Source of the DNA: Botryllus schlosseri
Taxonomy: Eukaryota
Reading direction: 5' to 3'
DNA length: 64,000 bases
Assembly (NCBI GenBank): GCA_051294905.1
Contig: CM119372.1
Coordinates: 27,282,001-27,346,000 of the forward strand
Part shown: one piece after another, positions 1 through 13,723 of the stretch
Layout: each line of letters opens with the position of its first letter
Position numbering within the stretch: the stretch's first letter is position 1
Notes under the pieces: model-generated
What the model saw: the letters and a program-made list of their open reading frames with translations, nothing else
The model's database searches: none
Told to the model about the DNA's origin: nothing
Program-made: the position numbers and the translations under genes

Positions 1-1335
1 GTTTGTGACCTGGTTCTAGGAACAAGAGTCGCCCACTTCTCTGCAGCAACGAACAAGCCGAGAACGATCCATCGGTTGATTGATTGAGCTAATGGATTTG
101 GGAACATACTGTTTCACCCGATGTATAACAGGCAGATGCAAAATTAATGGTGATCACATGCGAAGCTAAAAATATGCAGCACGTACCAGTAATACTAAAT
201 TGCTGTCAATTTTTGGTATACTCTACAGTCGGGCTACCATATTTTCGTGGCCGGAAATCTTCAGCACAGGGGTCACCAACCATTTCGAAATCAGATGCTA
301 CATCTAGGGTACAGATTAATGCGAATGGCTACCACTTATTCTCGCCGTTTGCCCATGTGTGACTGACTTTTTAAACTTTGACATTTTTGACCGGATAGAG
401 ACCGGATTCATACATGCTGATAACGTCGGATCCGGATCGTCGTTTTCTGTTACCGCCGGATGATTAGGGAGTAGTGTGCAGGATTTAGCTAGATCCATGT
501 GGATATTGGCAGAGTTATTTTATTTTTGGCCGGAGCCGGATTGAAGCCGGATTCGATTTGAAAAAAACAGGATTGAGTGAGACTTGGAAATTTGGCGATC
601 TTCCCGCACTATAGATGATCACTCTTATGGCCACACGAGAGCTCATATTATCCGCGACAATATAAAGTCCTAAATGCACATAACAATAGAATATCTGGCG
701 AATATAGTCTTGCATAGACATCCGGCAACATGCCTTGCCAAGCAGATGAAGCAATTGATGCTAACGATCTCATGAGCTCTTCATTCGTTGAAGTCTCTAA
801 TTACAACGATTCATAAATACCATCGTCAATGTAGCGGAAATTAGGATACGGAGCTTTATGAAATTTGAGTCTTTGGAATTATGCATGTGACATATGAACG
901 TAATTGAATTAATCTGCTCATTACTCACTAAAAGTTGGCAATCCGTGTCTACCAGGATGTCAGTGCCATGTCGCCGATGAAAATTAGAGCTCCAATAACT
1001 AGAAACCCATGCGATGAAATGCAGAGAATACGACTGCAAGCCCCTTAGATATATTGAAGGTGTATATTTACAATTTTGGAGTGTGATGGGCTTTTAATAA
1101 GGTGGTTAGAGGTAAGTGTACGGCTGCTTTCGTTCCAAGTGTATTCATTACTCAAAATAATCATTAATCGCCTACGCCCTATTCATTGTTTAACCCGAAT
1201 GAGCCGTTCCAATGTCCCTCACATATGTGTCACTGAATTATTTAAATTTAATTACATATATTTGGCTACGAGTCGTCACTAAGGCTACACCCAACGATTC
1301 GAGTAATATAATGTCCTTCGAGTATATATTGTCAT

Positions 1336-2254
1336 TAGGGATGGTGTGAACGTGAGGTTCACGTTCGCGTTTTGTGTGTGAACCTCGGAAATTTAGATGT
1401 TCGCGTTCACAAAAGAACCTTAGTAGGTTCCAGAGATGAGCATGGATTAGGATTTGAAAAAACAGGATTTGTGAAATTTTGTCGGATTTGGATTGGATTA
1501 GGATTAGAGATTTTTTCTGAACGGATTAGGATTTGGATTGGATTTACCGATTTTCTGGGAGATTGATATGGCGTGCGGCGAATGGCGACAAACTTTATTC
1601 AGATCAGTTATTAATTTATTTCTGGTACATTACGCTATGGTACATTCGGTGCTAATGAGCATGAGAGGTGCAGCCCTATGCCAAGTTATCTTAATTCAAG
1701 AGAATTGTTGGTTGTGAAAGAAAAGTTTCCAATTCCTTCTCTGGATTAGGATTCGGATTGGGACTTGAAGCTTCGGATTTGGATTGGATTAGCACATAGA
1801 AATTCCAAATCCGCTCATCTCTGGTAGGTTCTGCACTGTGAAGCTTTTTCATTTATTACAATTTTCACGTCATTATAACATCTTTGGTTGAAATTCTTAG
1901 CCTGGCGCTGACAGCACAACAATAAATTCGACATTAAACGAGCCTTGCCAATTTCAAATATTTTACGTGCTTCGTTACACATGTTTGCCCGAAATATTCA
2001 GCTTTCCGTTTGCAAGTATTTAGTGTCTCGTTGCAGTGAGCTTGGCCCACAATCGAACAGCATCAAGACCGAAATACACTAAATGTAGGTATGGTCAGCG
2101 AATTGTGCTTGTTCAACCAATCAATGAAATTGATATAAAGAATGTACTTAGTTGTCTAATGTAAACATTCTATCAGGCGTACGGGATCGATCTTGATCTA
2201 ATTTGTTTATTGTATCATAAAAACCAAATCCGTGAAGGATTCGCACCATCCCTA
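1336..2254. mobile_element. Non-autonomous hAT-type element, family A (TAGGGATGGTG termini), truncated
   Basis: Termini tagggatggtg / caccatcccta, 8 bp TSD attgtcat/attgtgat. Interior matches other family A copies in the window. Confidence 0.85.
1431..1823. mobile_element. MITE nested in the family A copy
   Basis: TIR cagagatgagc / gctcatctctg, perfect 8 bp TSD gtaggttc (1423-1430 and 1824-1831), GGATT-rich subterminal repeats. Other family A copies show the empty site. Confidence 0.9.
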
Positions 2255-2455
2255 ATTGTGATCTTTCGAGTCACGCAGCGAGAGACGATTTCTTCGATTA
2301 AGCCGCCAGAATTATATGCACCAAACTGCCAAGGGTAACAACCCTTCATAACAAAAATTATAGTTTCGATATTCCTTCCCACATAAGAAGCCTTGAAACC
2401 GCAATCAGTCGTATCAGAACAGACAAAATACGTGGGAAAACTATACGTGCTATAA

Positions 2456-2904
2456 TAGGCTTACCATACGTCCTCTTTTAAGAGGATTTGTCCTCTTTTT
2501 TGACTTTCTTGAAAGTGTCCTCGGAGGACGCCCTTTTGTCCTCTTTTTTGAGATTTTGTCCTCTTTTTTGAAAATTTAGGTCACATTTAAAGCAAATTGC
2601 GAGTGATATGCCGCAAATCAGCACAGAAGTGACGCTCCGGCGGATATTTCGGAGTGAAAAACGGTGAATTTAGCTCTGAGCGAAAAGATGACCTTCTTTT
2701 TTTTTTTTAGTCATCCACCTGTCAATGTCGAGAGCAAAACGGTATTTTGAGCTCTGAGCGGAAAAAATGACCTTTTTTTTTTTTGTCAACCGATCACAAA
2801 GTGGGAAAAATTCACCGGTTTTTGGGAATTCTGCTCCGGTTTTGCATCTTGCAAATTTCTGAAAAAGTGTCCTCTTTTTACATTTTCAAAATATGGTAAG
2901 CCTA
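2456..2904. mobile_element. hAT-type MITE
   Basis: TIR taggcttaccata / tatggtaagccta, perfect 8 bp TSD tgctataa, TGTCCTC subterminal repeats. Confidence 0.9.
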
Positions 2905-3292
2905 TGCTATAACAAGGGTTATTAAACCGCTTTTCAATGATGACCTCTAAATTATTTGGGTGTGGTGTTCTGTGGGTATGGTCAAAGGTGGTCAAATTAG
3001 TCAACATTTCCACTCACGTACAAGTAGATTTCTACTTAATTACAACTAGAAGTAGAAAAATTGAAGACAGGTAAAAACTAACTGAAGTGGAAGTGGAAGA
3101 AGACTGGTTTGATAAGTACTCGAGTTAGCAGTTTCAAAATGTAGGTTTGGTCGATGGGTCGCATACATGCAAGTATTCCTCAGAACTATACTTTCTACTT
3201 TATAAAATCCAAATTATAGAAATGAGTCATTCTGCCTACAAAACAGGTAGAACTGGAAGTAGTCTATAAGCATAACCACTTGTGTAAGTAGT

Positions 3293-3728
3293 TAGGGTTA
3301 CCATACTTTGAGATCTGAAAAAGAGGATACTTTTCAAAAATTCTGAAAGAACTAGTACCGGAATAGAAAACTGGTGATTTTTAAAAGTTTTTGGCTAGTA
3401 GTCCTGTGCTTACTAAAAAGAGGTCATCACTTTGACTCGACTTCCTAATTACCCGCTTTTATCCCATTTTAGAGGTGTTGAATAATTAAAAAGGGTCATC
3501 TTCCCCATCCCTGCTCCTGAAATATCCACCGCACCGTATTTTTCGTTGATGGTCTTGCCAACTCTGGCGTTCGCTACATCGGAGTCTATTTCAGCGCATT
3601 TATACACTTTTTCGACAAAAAGAGGACAAATTCCCGAAAAGGGGAACATTTAGGCGTCCTCCGATGACATATTAAATTTATTGAAAAAAGGGACAAATCC
3701 TCTTTAAAGATGACATATGGTAACCCTA
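3293..3728. mobile_element. hAT-type MITE related to 2456-2904, opposite orientation
   Basis: TIR tagggttaccata / tatggtaacccta, TSD taagtagt/taagtagc. Confidence 0.85.
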
Positions 3729-4070
3729 TAAGTAGCAGGCCTACACTCTAAATTCGAATGCGTGCAGAGGAACGCAAAATTACACGCCAAATCCTTTTTT
3801 TTCAAACTACAACACAACGTGCTGGAGTCGATGTGTATCTAGCTATCCTGTGTTCAATGGTGGTGTGTTCACGCTGACTCGTGCAGAGCTCGAAATTAAT
3901 ACCAGCCATCCATGAATTTTGACTCAGCTTAGGGTCAAAAAATATTTGATTGCAACGAAAGATGAATACAGAACATTAATTTGCAGACGAAAATCTGTGA
4001 ATTTCTAGCTTGCACAATTGAAAAATTCAAGCTTTTCCAAATCGAAATAAGAACTACAGCTACTCAGTTA

Positions 4071-6620
4071 TCATAAATTAGATTCTAATTAGAGCAAAGA
4101 AACGTTTCACTAATTGGTGTAGAATTAGAATTATAGCGACACAGTTGTTTTCACAAATTAGATTCTAATTAGAGCAAAGAAGCATTTCACAAATTGGTGT
4201 AGAATTAGAATTATAGCGACACAGTTGTTTTCACAAATTAGATTCTAATTAGAGTAGGGTTGCCATACGTCCGGAATTTCCCGGACATGTCCGGAATTTC
4301 GCTGTTCAAACTTGCGTCCGGGAGGAATTTTTAAAATATGCCGAAATGTCCGGAATTTTGAAGGCTTGACGTAGGCTCAAAATTATTTCGTAAATCAACA
4401 TAATAACATTATTTTTGGGTATGGTACACGATATTTTTTATCGCGCTACGTGCGATTTACTATCATGTTTATTGTTTTTAATATGGGGACTACCACCCTC
4501 ACAAAAACTGCAATAAATACAAATAATGCTCGTTTACTCAAATAAGCCTAATTGTAATCGCAATGATAGGAGTACGGTATATTACCAGGGATGGTAAAGA
4601 CCATTTAAATGCTTTATTCAAAGCTAGTGGTTCCAAAGGTGGGGGTCGTTTGCCTTTGTTCTGGGGTTCGCCAAGATGTTGAACGTCATCAGCTTCCAAA
4701 ATAGCACGTGAGTAAGTCTGGGCAAAGGTGCTGACTTCTTTTTGTAATCAGCTCATCAAATTTTGACCCGGCCACGGAACATTTTCAAATTGGAGACGAC
4801 TGGGTGTGGGGTGTTTATAAAGCTCCGCGGTGCGCACCGGCATGAGGCTGATGACCAATCTTATCGGTTTGACATGAGCATGACTTGACGATATACAATT
4901 ACGCTTCCTGTATTTTCGAAGTCATTATCCTCCACCAGCTCTACCGCTAACTATGAGCATGTGGCGGCGATAGGATCAAACTATACACTACAGTAATATG
5001 GAAAAACCAATATTATTGACAAAAGTCATTCAAAAAATTTAACGACTAGATACATGTAGAAACCAGATGCATAAAGCAAGCCTCCCAGAAGTTGCGTCGA
5101 TTACCCTATTGTGGGCCCAAAATCATTGTTTATTTGGGCGGGCAGAGCTGAAAAAATGTGATTTCGATCTTGGTTACACAATACACAGCCACATACTCCT
5201 GAACCTGGTTCGTGACCAGATCTGGTCTATAAGCAAAGCTCTGCTAGTGTGACGTCATATTGACAGACAATGTGATCATAACTCGATTTGAAATCCACTA
5301 GTGGACGCTAAAGAGCGTCCAGAATTTGCTTCACAGAAATATGGTAACCCTAAATTAGAGCATAAAAACATTTCACAAACTGGAGTAGAATTAGAATAAT
5401 AGTGACACAGTTGTTTTCACAAATTAGATTCTAATTAGAGCAAAGAAGCATTTCACAAATTAGTGTAGAATTAGAATTAAAGCGACACAGTTGCAACCAC
5501 AAATTAGATTTGAATCAGAGCAAAGAAAATTTCACAAATTGGGATAGAATTACAATCCTAGCGACACAGTTGTTTTCACAAATTTGATTCTAATTAGAGC
5601 ATAAAAACATTTCACAAACTGGAGTAGAATTAGAATTATAGTGACACATTTGTTTTCACAAATTAGATTCCAATTAGAGCAAAGAAGCATTTCCCAAATT
5701 GGTGTAGAATTAGAATTAAAGCGACACAGTTGCAACCACAAATTAGATTTGAATCAGAGCAAAGAAAATTTCACAAATTGAGATAGAATTACAATCCTAG
5801 CGACACAGTTGTTTTCCCAAATATGATTCTAATTAGAGCATAAAAACATTTCACAAATTGGAGTAGAATTAGAATTATAGCGACACAGTTGTTTTCACAA
5901 GTTAGATTGTAATTAGAGCAAAAACACATCGCAAATTGGAGTAGAATTAGAATTATAGCGACACAGTTGTTTCAACAAATTAGATTCTAACTAGAGCAAA
6001 AAAACATTGTACAAATTGGAGTAGAATTAGAATTATAGCGACACACTTGTTTTCACAAATTAGATTCTAATTAGAGCAAAAAAACACTTTACCAGTTGGA
6101 GTAGAATTAGAATTATAGCTGCACAGTTGTTATCACAAATTAGATTCTAATTAGAGCATAAAAACATTTCACAAACTGGAGTATAATTAGAATTACAGCG
6201 ACACAGTTGTTTTCACAAGTTAGATTGTAATTAGAGCAAAAAAACATCACAAATTGGAGTAGAATTAGAATTATAGCGACACAGTAGTTTTCACAAGTTA
6301 GATTGTAATTAGAGCAAAAAAACATCACAAATTGGAGCAGAATTAGAATTATAGCGACACAGTTGTTTCAACAAATTAGATTCTAACTAGAGCAAAAAAA
6401 CATTTTACAAATTGGAGTAGAATTAGAATTATAGCGACACACTTGTTTTCACAAATTAGATTCTAATTGGAGCAAAAAAACATTTCACATATTGGAGTGG
6501 AATTAGAATTATAGCGACACAGTTGTTTTCACAAGTTAGATTGTAATTAGAGCAAAAAAACACCGGAAATTGGAGTAGAATTAGAATTATAGTGACACAG
6601 TTGTTTTCACAAATTAGATT
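4071..6620. repeat. Tandem satellite with ~80 bp unit, interrupted by a transposon
   Basis: Unit approximately aaattagattctaattagagcaaagaagcatttcacaaattggtgtagaattagaattatagcgacacagttgttttcac. About 2 units precede the insertion and about 16 follow it. Confidence 0.95.
4255..5352. mobile_element. hAT-type non-autonomous element inserted in the satellite
   Basis: TIR tagggttgccata / tatggtaacccta, perfect TSD aattagag, GTCCGG subterminal repeats. Confidence 0.9.
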
Positions 6621-6744
6621 CATACATATCATTGATATGTATGGATTTTTCCACATATTCAGATATCTTCTGTAAATAAGTACTTGAACATATGAAGTTC
6701 TGATTACTTTCGAGGGTAAACCATAAACTAGTAAGTTTACTAAC

Positions 6745-8560
6745 CTTTGTCGATCTCATCAGATTTTATCAGTATACCATCATACAGGTCCCTTTTGGAA
6801 CGACACATGAATTATGTTCGCATTCACTAATTCTACGCTCTATATCCATGGTAGCCATCATCATGGACTCAAAAGTCAGGACAACCAAAAATTACATTAG
6901 CAGCAGAAAAGATTTTCCAGGGTACGGGACGAAAACGAATTTACACCAGCTCATTCTAACTTAGATCTAGCCTTATGAAGAAAATGATGTAATTCAAAAA
7001 TATGTAACAATCATTTATTGTTTGGAAGCCTTTTTCAGTTCCCGCGTGTTTATTGAACAGTCCCTACTGGAATCTCGGTACGTTTTGCCTGATATATCAG
7101 GTGAGCAGCGACGATTTTCCAAGTTGAAGTAATTTAATAAAAAATAATAAAAACATAAAACATAGTGTGAGCACTGGACCCCGATTCCATACAAAACATA
7201 TGCCTTGCCCACCATATTTTCAGCACCCAAAAACAATTGTGCCCCAATTTTGTAGCACACCTCAGAACTCAACAGTCCCGAATTGGAGCACATGCTTGTG
7301 GCGCAACTCAGAAATTAACAGACCCCGAATTAGAACTAACTCAAAATGCGCCCATGTCAAGCCACAAAATGTTCAGACAACTAATGGAACTTTTGTAATG
7401 GTCTGTTAAGTTTGAACTTGTGCCAGATCCTGGCATGCAAAACATACCAGATGACACGGATAACGCCGAACAATGTTTGCTGAAAATCAGGACAAGAGTC
7501 AAAATCAGTACAAATCCGACAAATCAGGACGTTATGGTACATCTATGTTCATTGTTCACAAAGTACCAGGTTAAGCAAACAGCAAATCTTACAACTCACC
7601 TCATCAAGCCTAATCGCCCTCAAATCATGCTGTGCCCTGATTCGCTTTTCAGTAACTGATCCATCAGGAGCATAACCTTATCGGCCTCTTCTCCCTACAA
7701 ATAAATATAATCACAATAGCCATGAAGAAGATTTGGTTGAGGGATAGTCCAGTTATTGCATTTTGGTTGATATGAAGGCAAGAGTTCTGCCACAACAATA
7801 TTCAAGATACAGGCTACAATATAAATTGCAACAGAAATTAACAGGACTATCACTACCAATATTCATTCTAGAATAGGTAACTATTACTAACCTCTGCACC
7901 TGTCTCTACTCCAAATATTTTTTCATGCGTAGTAAGCATTTTGCAATACTTATTACGCATCGCTTCGACACTCCGCGGAATGAGCATTTGAAACTCCGGT
8001 CTGATCTAGTGCAAAGGCAAAGCGTTACTATAGAAGCAACTATAGTAGTGAGCTGAGCATGCACACACACTTCTATAGGATATATAGAGGGAACTTGATA
8101 TGAATACAGTAAGATTTATTTCACTGGATAATAATAATAATAATATCCTGAATAAAATGTCATGTAATTGGATAACAAGTGAGTCAACTGCAAAACAAGA
8201 TGTACATAGCTTAGTCAAGAATTTTAGTTGTATCACTAGGTATAAACCCATAATGCGTCAACTTAGAAGATTAACTGACATTATGAAACTTAGTTCTGGT
8301 GCTACTGCAAGTTGATCTAAAAGGTAATCTACTTATATTTCTCATACTGCTGCTTGCTGTAAGAACCCTCTTGACAACATAATCATAACATATCACATGT
8401 TGATATCCTTAAACGAATTACCTTCAGTTAAATTAATGTGTTCTCTCTTAATACCGTTCGCAATCAAGAACTTCTCCATTCCTTCTGCTACGATGAGATT
8501 CGCGACACGTTCGTTCATATCCGCAAAATCGCTGTACTGCGACTTATCGCTCCATTTGCT
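6745..8560 (-). pseudogene. Possible degenerate multi-exon gene, perhaps Myb/SANT-like
   Basis: Minus-strand segments with GT/AG-like borders translate to DMNERVANLIVAEGMEKFLIANGIKREHINLTE (~8422-8560), RPEFQMLIPRSVEAMRNKYCKMLTTHEKIFGVETGAE (~7891-8005) and GEEADKVMLLMDQLLKSES (~7600-7695). The frames do not join cleanly. Confidence 0.3.
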
Positions 8561-9134
8561 TATGCGGTGTATTGACCTTTCACCCTGACCGAGTTCCCGC
8601 CGTTACCGATAGAGGTGAAGCGTAAATGAGAGTGAGAGAGAGAGAGAGGGGGATAAAAGATAGAGGTGCTTATTCACTCAACAGTCAAATGCAGAATGCA
8701 CTGACAATAGCCATGCAGGTAACACTAAAGATTAATAACCAACCTGTTTCAGAAATACATGGTATTGACAATGCTTGATTGATTGATTTCTTGATTGCTA
8801 TACTGCTGATATGCTACGGCAATTAGTCAATAATAGGGAAACGCGATATAATGGAAGTCATAGTCAAGTCATGCAATCACGTGGTTGTAATGATCCATTT
8901 CTCCTGACATTTTGGAAGTAAAATAAAATGATAAGAGAAACGTACACAAAACCTAGTAAATGCAAGAAAGTCACGCACTAAAATCAAGTAGCGACAGTCA
9001 ATAAACAACAGTCTACTTCGTTGCTCCTGTGCAATGTTCCCTCTAAGCTGCACACGTGCGCAATTGCGCAGTGCTGACAGCTGATACGGTGTCTGCGCAT
9101 AGAAAATCTAAGTTGCGCACAACAAATCCGAAGA

Positions 9135-9440
9135 GATGCGTAATGGTGAAGCGTCCGGCTTCTTGATCGGTAGGTCGTGGGTTCGACCGGGTCAGACCAA
9201 TGACCTATGGTATGCGCGACTTCCCTGCTTGGCGCTCATGCATTACTGGGATAGCATGGAGGGGTGGTGCATGGCTTAGAAAGCCGTACAAGGCTATATC
9301 TGTACCTTCCTTGTCCAGCGGCATATGCACATCATGCACTCACGGTATGCATATGCAATGCACAGATCGTGTGTATGTCTATCATGAGCCGGTGTATATG
9401 CCGCAAAAACATGAAGGACAAAAATAAACTACCTCCTTTC
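9135..9440 (+). mobile_element. Degenerate tRNA-derived SINE
   Basis: A-box-like tgcgtaatgg, B-box-like ggttcgacc, then ttccctgcttggcgctcatgcatt, which resembles a conserved SINE central domain. Ends in a (CCTTT)n tail. Confidence 0.45.
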
Positions 9441-10789
9441 CTTTCCTTTTCTGGGGTATAAGTAAGCGGGGTTCAACGCACGCATTATTCACACTCAAGT
9501 CGTTAATATCGTTCAACATCTATTATAGAAATGTTCCATCATTTGAGCAGCTATATCTTGCAGCTCACATCCTCCCCTACAATTAACCCAGCGGGAGCAA
9601 ACTGGCCCAAGGGTCATTGGCTTTACCGATGACGTCATGATCGGCAAACGAGTGTTGGCTGTATATACCCTGCCTTGGATGATCTGGCAATTAAGCAGTG
9701 ACATTATGATAAGTTCCCGATAACAGCGTTTCCAGCGTCGACCTCACAATCCCTCTCAATCTTACTGATCTCACAACTCGTGCGGCGAGTTACCCGACTA
9801 TTAAAATGTATACATAAACTGACTTGATTACTCGGACAAAAGTAAAAGTACTTGGTTACTCATTTCCTCTGGATATGTACCTCTGGCGGTTGCAGAGTGT
9901 CGCCCTCCAATAATTTAACATATTTCCTCCGCAATCGCAATCGCCACTATATTTCGTTCACGCTATTCAACAACATTTCTCAACATTTTTTTACACTATC
10001 CAGCACATGAAGATCAAACATTATTCTCAGACGAGGTCGCAGAGTGGATCAGCGCCGAAAGAAATTGGCTATCTCGTGCGTGACGAAAAAATCCATTACC
10101 ATATTCACAATCAAAATAATGTAGTATTCCTAATAATGTGTTTTATATTATGTGTAAAATAATGCAGCAGTTCTCAAAAATCAATTTTGTATTCGATTAT
10201 GCTACATATGTGCTCAGTATACTGATTTTACGTCATAATGAGTGGTAATCGAACACCGGCCTCAACACGCAGCTACAGTACTCGATTCGCCATCGAATCA
10301 CTTCTCTACTTTATTTCTCCCAGCTCCCCCCGTTATTCGTTACTCTTCGTATAGTGTGATCTTCGGTAACGCTGAAGTCACTCGTTGTTAAATCGGATGC
10401 TAAAATGTTGCAACTTCCTTATTTTTGGTAATTATAGCAATGTGTGGAAAATTTCCACGACAGACTAAAGGAAAAAGGCCGTAACGATATGCCTATATAG
10501 GGTGGTGAGATGAATGTCATATGCACATGCTCCAGACTGTTCAGAGCAGAAAGCGAGCATGTACCTCGTAAAAAGCACGGGTCACTCAACCAATATCTTC
10601 TGTGGTTGTGAATGTGTTACCTTTACGATTGCAGAAGATGCAGGACTGAATGCTTTCCGAGTTGAATTTCGCTTTTGTGATTCCCAAAAACGGTTTTACT
10701 GTGTCACATCCACAATTTGTAGTTTCTTATAATTGTGTTCCTTGTGGTAGCCTACTTTTAGCGAATATTCTAACCGAGTACAACGAAAT

Positions 10790-13537
10790 ATGTCTTTCAC
10801 GATCAAAGATCTTGCATTGATGTTGTTGGTCGTCGCCATAACGTGCAAAAACGTCGAAGGCGGTGAGTTTTATTCTATATTATTGACGTCACGTAGATAC
10901 AGATTATTCCCGATGAACTAGTTCATATATTTTTAATTGTGTTCAAATAATAGTTTGATGGTATGGAAGGTTATGACTGTCGATGAGAGAATTCTCCAAT
11001 ATGAAATTAGGACTATATACAGAGTAATAACTAGGGATGGTGTGAACCTCTGAAAGGTTCAGGTTCGTGTGAACGCGAACCTTTTTAAAAGGTTCTGTGT
11101 GAACACGAACGTGAACCTTATGACGTCATGTGACGTCATATTGCTAATTCCAACCCTATCTTTCTATGAAGTGATAGCCTATATATTAATGTACGCGATA
11201 CCTAGTGACGGCTCGGGTCACATAATGTCACAATGCTGAAGTACATATTGGCGTTTTAAATGTCGCTAAATGTATCAAATGAGGCAATCAATGAATATAA
11301 TATGCTCCCATAAAATCAATCTCCTCCATCGCTTTGCCAACAATTTCGACGAAGACTTACAAGGGAATACAAGCTTACGCCTTAACGGTCTAGGCCAGAC
11401 CGGACCCCGTACGCCTGCTACATTTTAACATCAGAAAACGATATCAATCTCATTGATTGGTTGAATAAAAGCATCATCCGCTAACTACGTATTTCGCTCG
11501 TGATGTTGTGTGATTGCGGGTCAAGCTCGCAGCAGAGAGTTTATAGATATTCACAAACGGAAAGCTGTATATTTCGAGCAAACTTTTGTAACAAAGCAAG
11601 TAAAACTTTTGAGATTGTGAAGGTGCTCGCTCGTTTAGTGTTGATTTTTAATGCTGCCAGCGCCATGCATATAGAGTGGCCAGCAGTTGAAATGCAATAA
11701 ATTCGAACCAAAGATGTTATAATGAAGTGAAAATTGAATATATGAAAAAGGTTCACAGTGCAGAACCTACCAAGGTTCTGTTGTGAACGCGAACCTCTAA
11801 ATTTCCGAGGTTCACACACAGAACGCGAACGTGAACCTCACGTTCACACCATCCCTAGTAATAACTATGAAATGAAGGTAAATCGCGTCGAGCGCGGAAC
11901 AAAATTTCTGTTTACAGGAGCTTCACGCCTCCCAAGTTTGGCACGCCCCCCCCCCCAGTTTGAGAACCTATATGGTTTAGCCTATATTGTAATTCATCAA
12001 GTTTTCTGTTGCTACTGAAGTATGGGAAACAGTTTTGCATGGCTGAATTATCTAGTTAACGAGGCACGCATAGAATGTAAATAGGCTAATTATTTTATGT
12101 TGTGATTGTCAGGTTTCAATAACAATGTAATTGAAATTGCTATTAGGCAAAAAATTTAACAAATTACAATTACAATTACACAAAATAGAAATACTTCAAT
12201 TACAATTACATGAAAAAATGTAATTAAATACATTCAGCCTAATTACAAATTACAATTGATCCAACTCTGGTGTACACCAAAAAAACCTTTTCGTCAAAGT
12301 TGCAGCGCTTTGTCATAGTTTGCAAAAATGTATGTGTGAATATGATAAAATCCAAGCGACGGAAATAAATCATATGTTTAGATGAAAAAAGCTATCACAA
12401 TGCAACCATGCTTTACCTGTCGCGTAAATAGTTTCAGCCATTCATTGCGTAGCTTCGACCCTCATTAAAATAACGATCGGTAGCAAGTAACCTTCTTTCA
12501 AGTGCATTGCATGCGACACCAAATTTTACGCGATGTTGCAGAACAGGGGCACTCGATTGTGTTACCCTTACCGAAGCATGAATTTATTGGTAAACTTTGA
12601 CTCGTAGGCCCGGTATTGTTACAATTTACAGCGCACACTGAGTTTCCAACAATCGAGAAAAATTTAATCAAGGATCAAGACGGCATAGTAATCGATGACC
12701 ATCTTATTAAACATCGTCCGATGCGATTTGTTCGTAGACTGCAGTATATTGGATTATTGATTACGTCTACGTATATGTGGCGATATTTTTCGAGATTTAA
12801 ATAGGTGATTTGATTATATAAGGCGAAAAGTTGCTTCGCATGAGACGATGGGATATTGTTACACTGTCGGGCTCGGTCCCGTCGTAAGATTTGGTGCTGA
12901 ATTGTACATCGGAATTTCGCCCTTATCCGTAAATATTGGTGTGTAAGATACCGACCTGTTTCGATTCAGACTCGGGTTGGATCAATTCCGTGGGCTACAA
13001 GTTTCAGGTATTTACTGGACCTATCACCGGCCGAGCTGCCCAGCAAGAATGCAGTTTGATGGGAGGCAGGTTGGCTGCTGAAGTTCTGCGTGACCCTGCC
13101 GCAGTGAAGTAAGTGTTGGACGTATAAAAGTTTGGAATTGGTACAAAACTGTAACATGTATGCTCTGAATACTTTACCCAATATATTGGTAACTCGTAGT
13201 TCGACAGCAGGTCACCTAGTATAAACCCGCGAGAGCAGCTGTTTAAAAAATTTTTCTCCGATTCAGATATATCATTCAAAATCACTTCGTCAGTGGCGGA
13301 TGGGACGGCCATAACTTGCCTTGGGTAGGTCTACTCAAAATGAACAACCAATGGAGTTGGAGCGATTATAAAGACTGGAATCACGCTACTACCGCTTGGA
13401 ATGTAGGTGAACCGAACGACACATCAGGAGGCGAAAGCTGCGGTCAAATCTGGACGACAACCTCCAGCAAACTTCTCCTGAATGATTCACTATGTCGTAG
13501 TACGACCAACTCCTACATTTGTGAGATGAAGGCCTGA
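10790..13537 (+). CDS. Secreted single-domain C-type lectin, 3 exons (10790-10862, 12970-13108, 13267-13537), 160 aa
   Basis: Exon 1 is a signal peptide (MSFTIKDLALMLLVVAITCKNVEG). Introns are GT-AG and phase-compatible. CTLD hallmarks are present: AQQECSLMGGRLA, WVGL, WSWSD, WNVGEPND, C..LNDSLC..YICE. AATAAA lies at 13718. Confidence 0.93.
11032..11857. mobile_element. Family A hAT-type element in lectin intron 1
   Basis: TIR tagggatggtgtgaac / gttcacaccatcccta, perfect TSD gtaataac. Confidence 0.92.
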
Positions 13538-13717
13538 GATGCACGGGCAGTGTGGCGGAATCGTAATCTAGAATTTGTTCTGTGTTTGATTATCTCGCTA
13601 TTTCGGAAATGAATTGTGTTGCTATTCACGACGCATCTACAATCTACAATCTACATTCACGACGAAAATTACGATATTTTCACGACCACACTGCATGCTC
13701 CCTTTACGCTGGTTGAC

Positions 13718-13723
13718 AATAAA
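13718..13723 (+). promoter_or_regulatory. Polyadenylation signal of the lectin gene
   Basis: AATAAA about 180 bp after the stop codon. Confidence 0.6.

Noticed and set aside
1440..1800. Telomeric repeat
   Set aside because: The GGATTA/GGATTT runs are degenerate subterminal repeats inside a TSD-flanked MITE.
5550..6656. Cys-rich repeat protein ORFs
   Set aside because: These are translations of the 80 bp satellite, whose unit length is not a multiple of three.
11500..12018. Recurrent small ORFs (MQNLPRFC..., MCEPRKFRG...) as a gene family
   Set aside because: They are chance frames in family A elements, with lengths and frames not conserved between copies.
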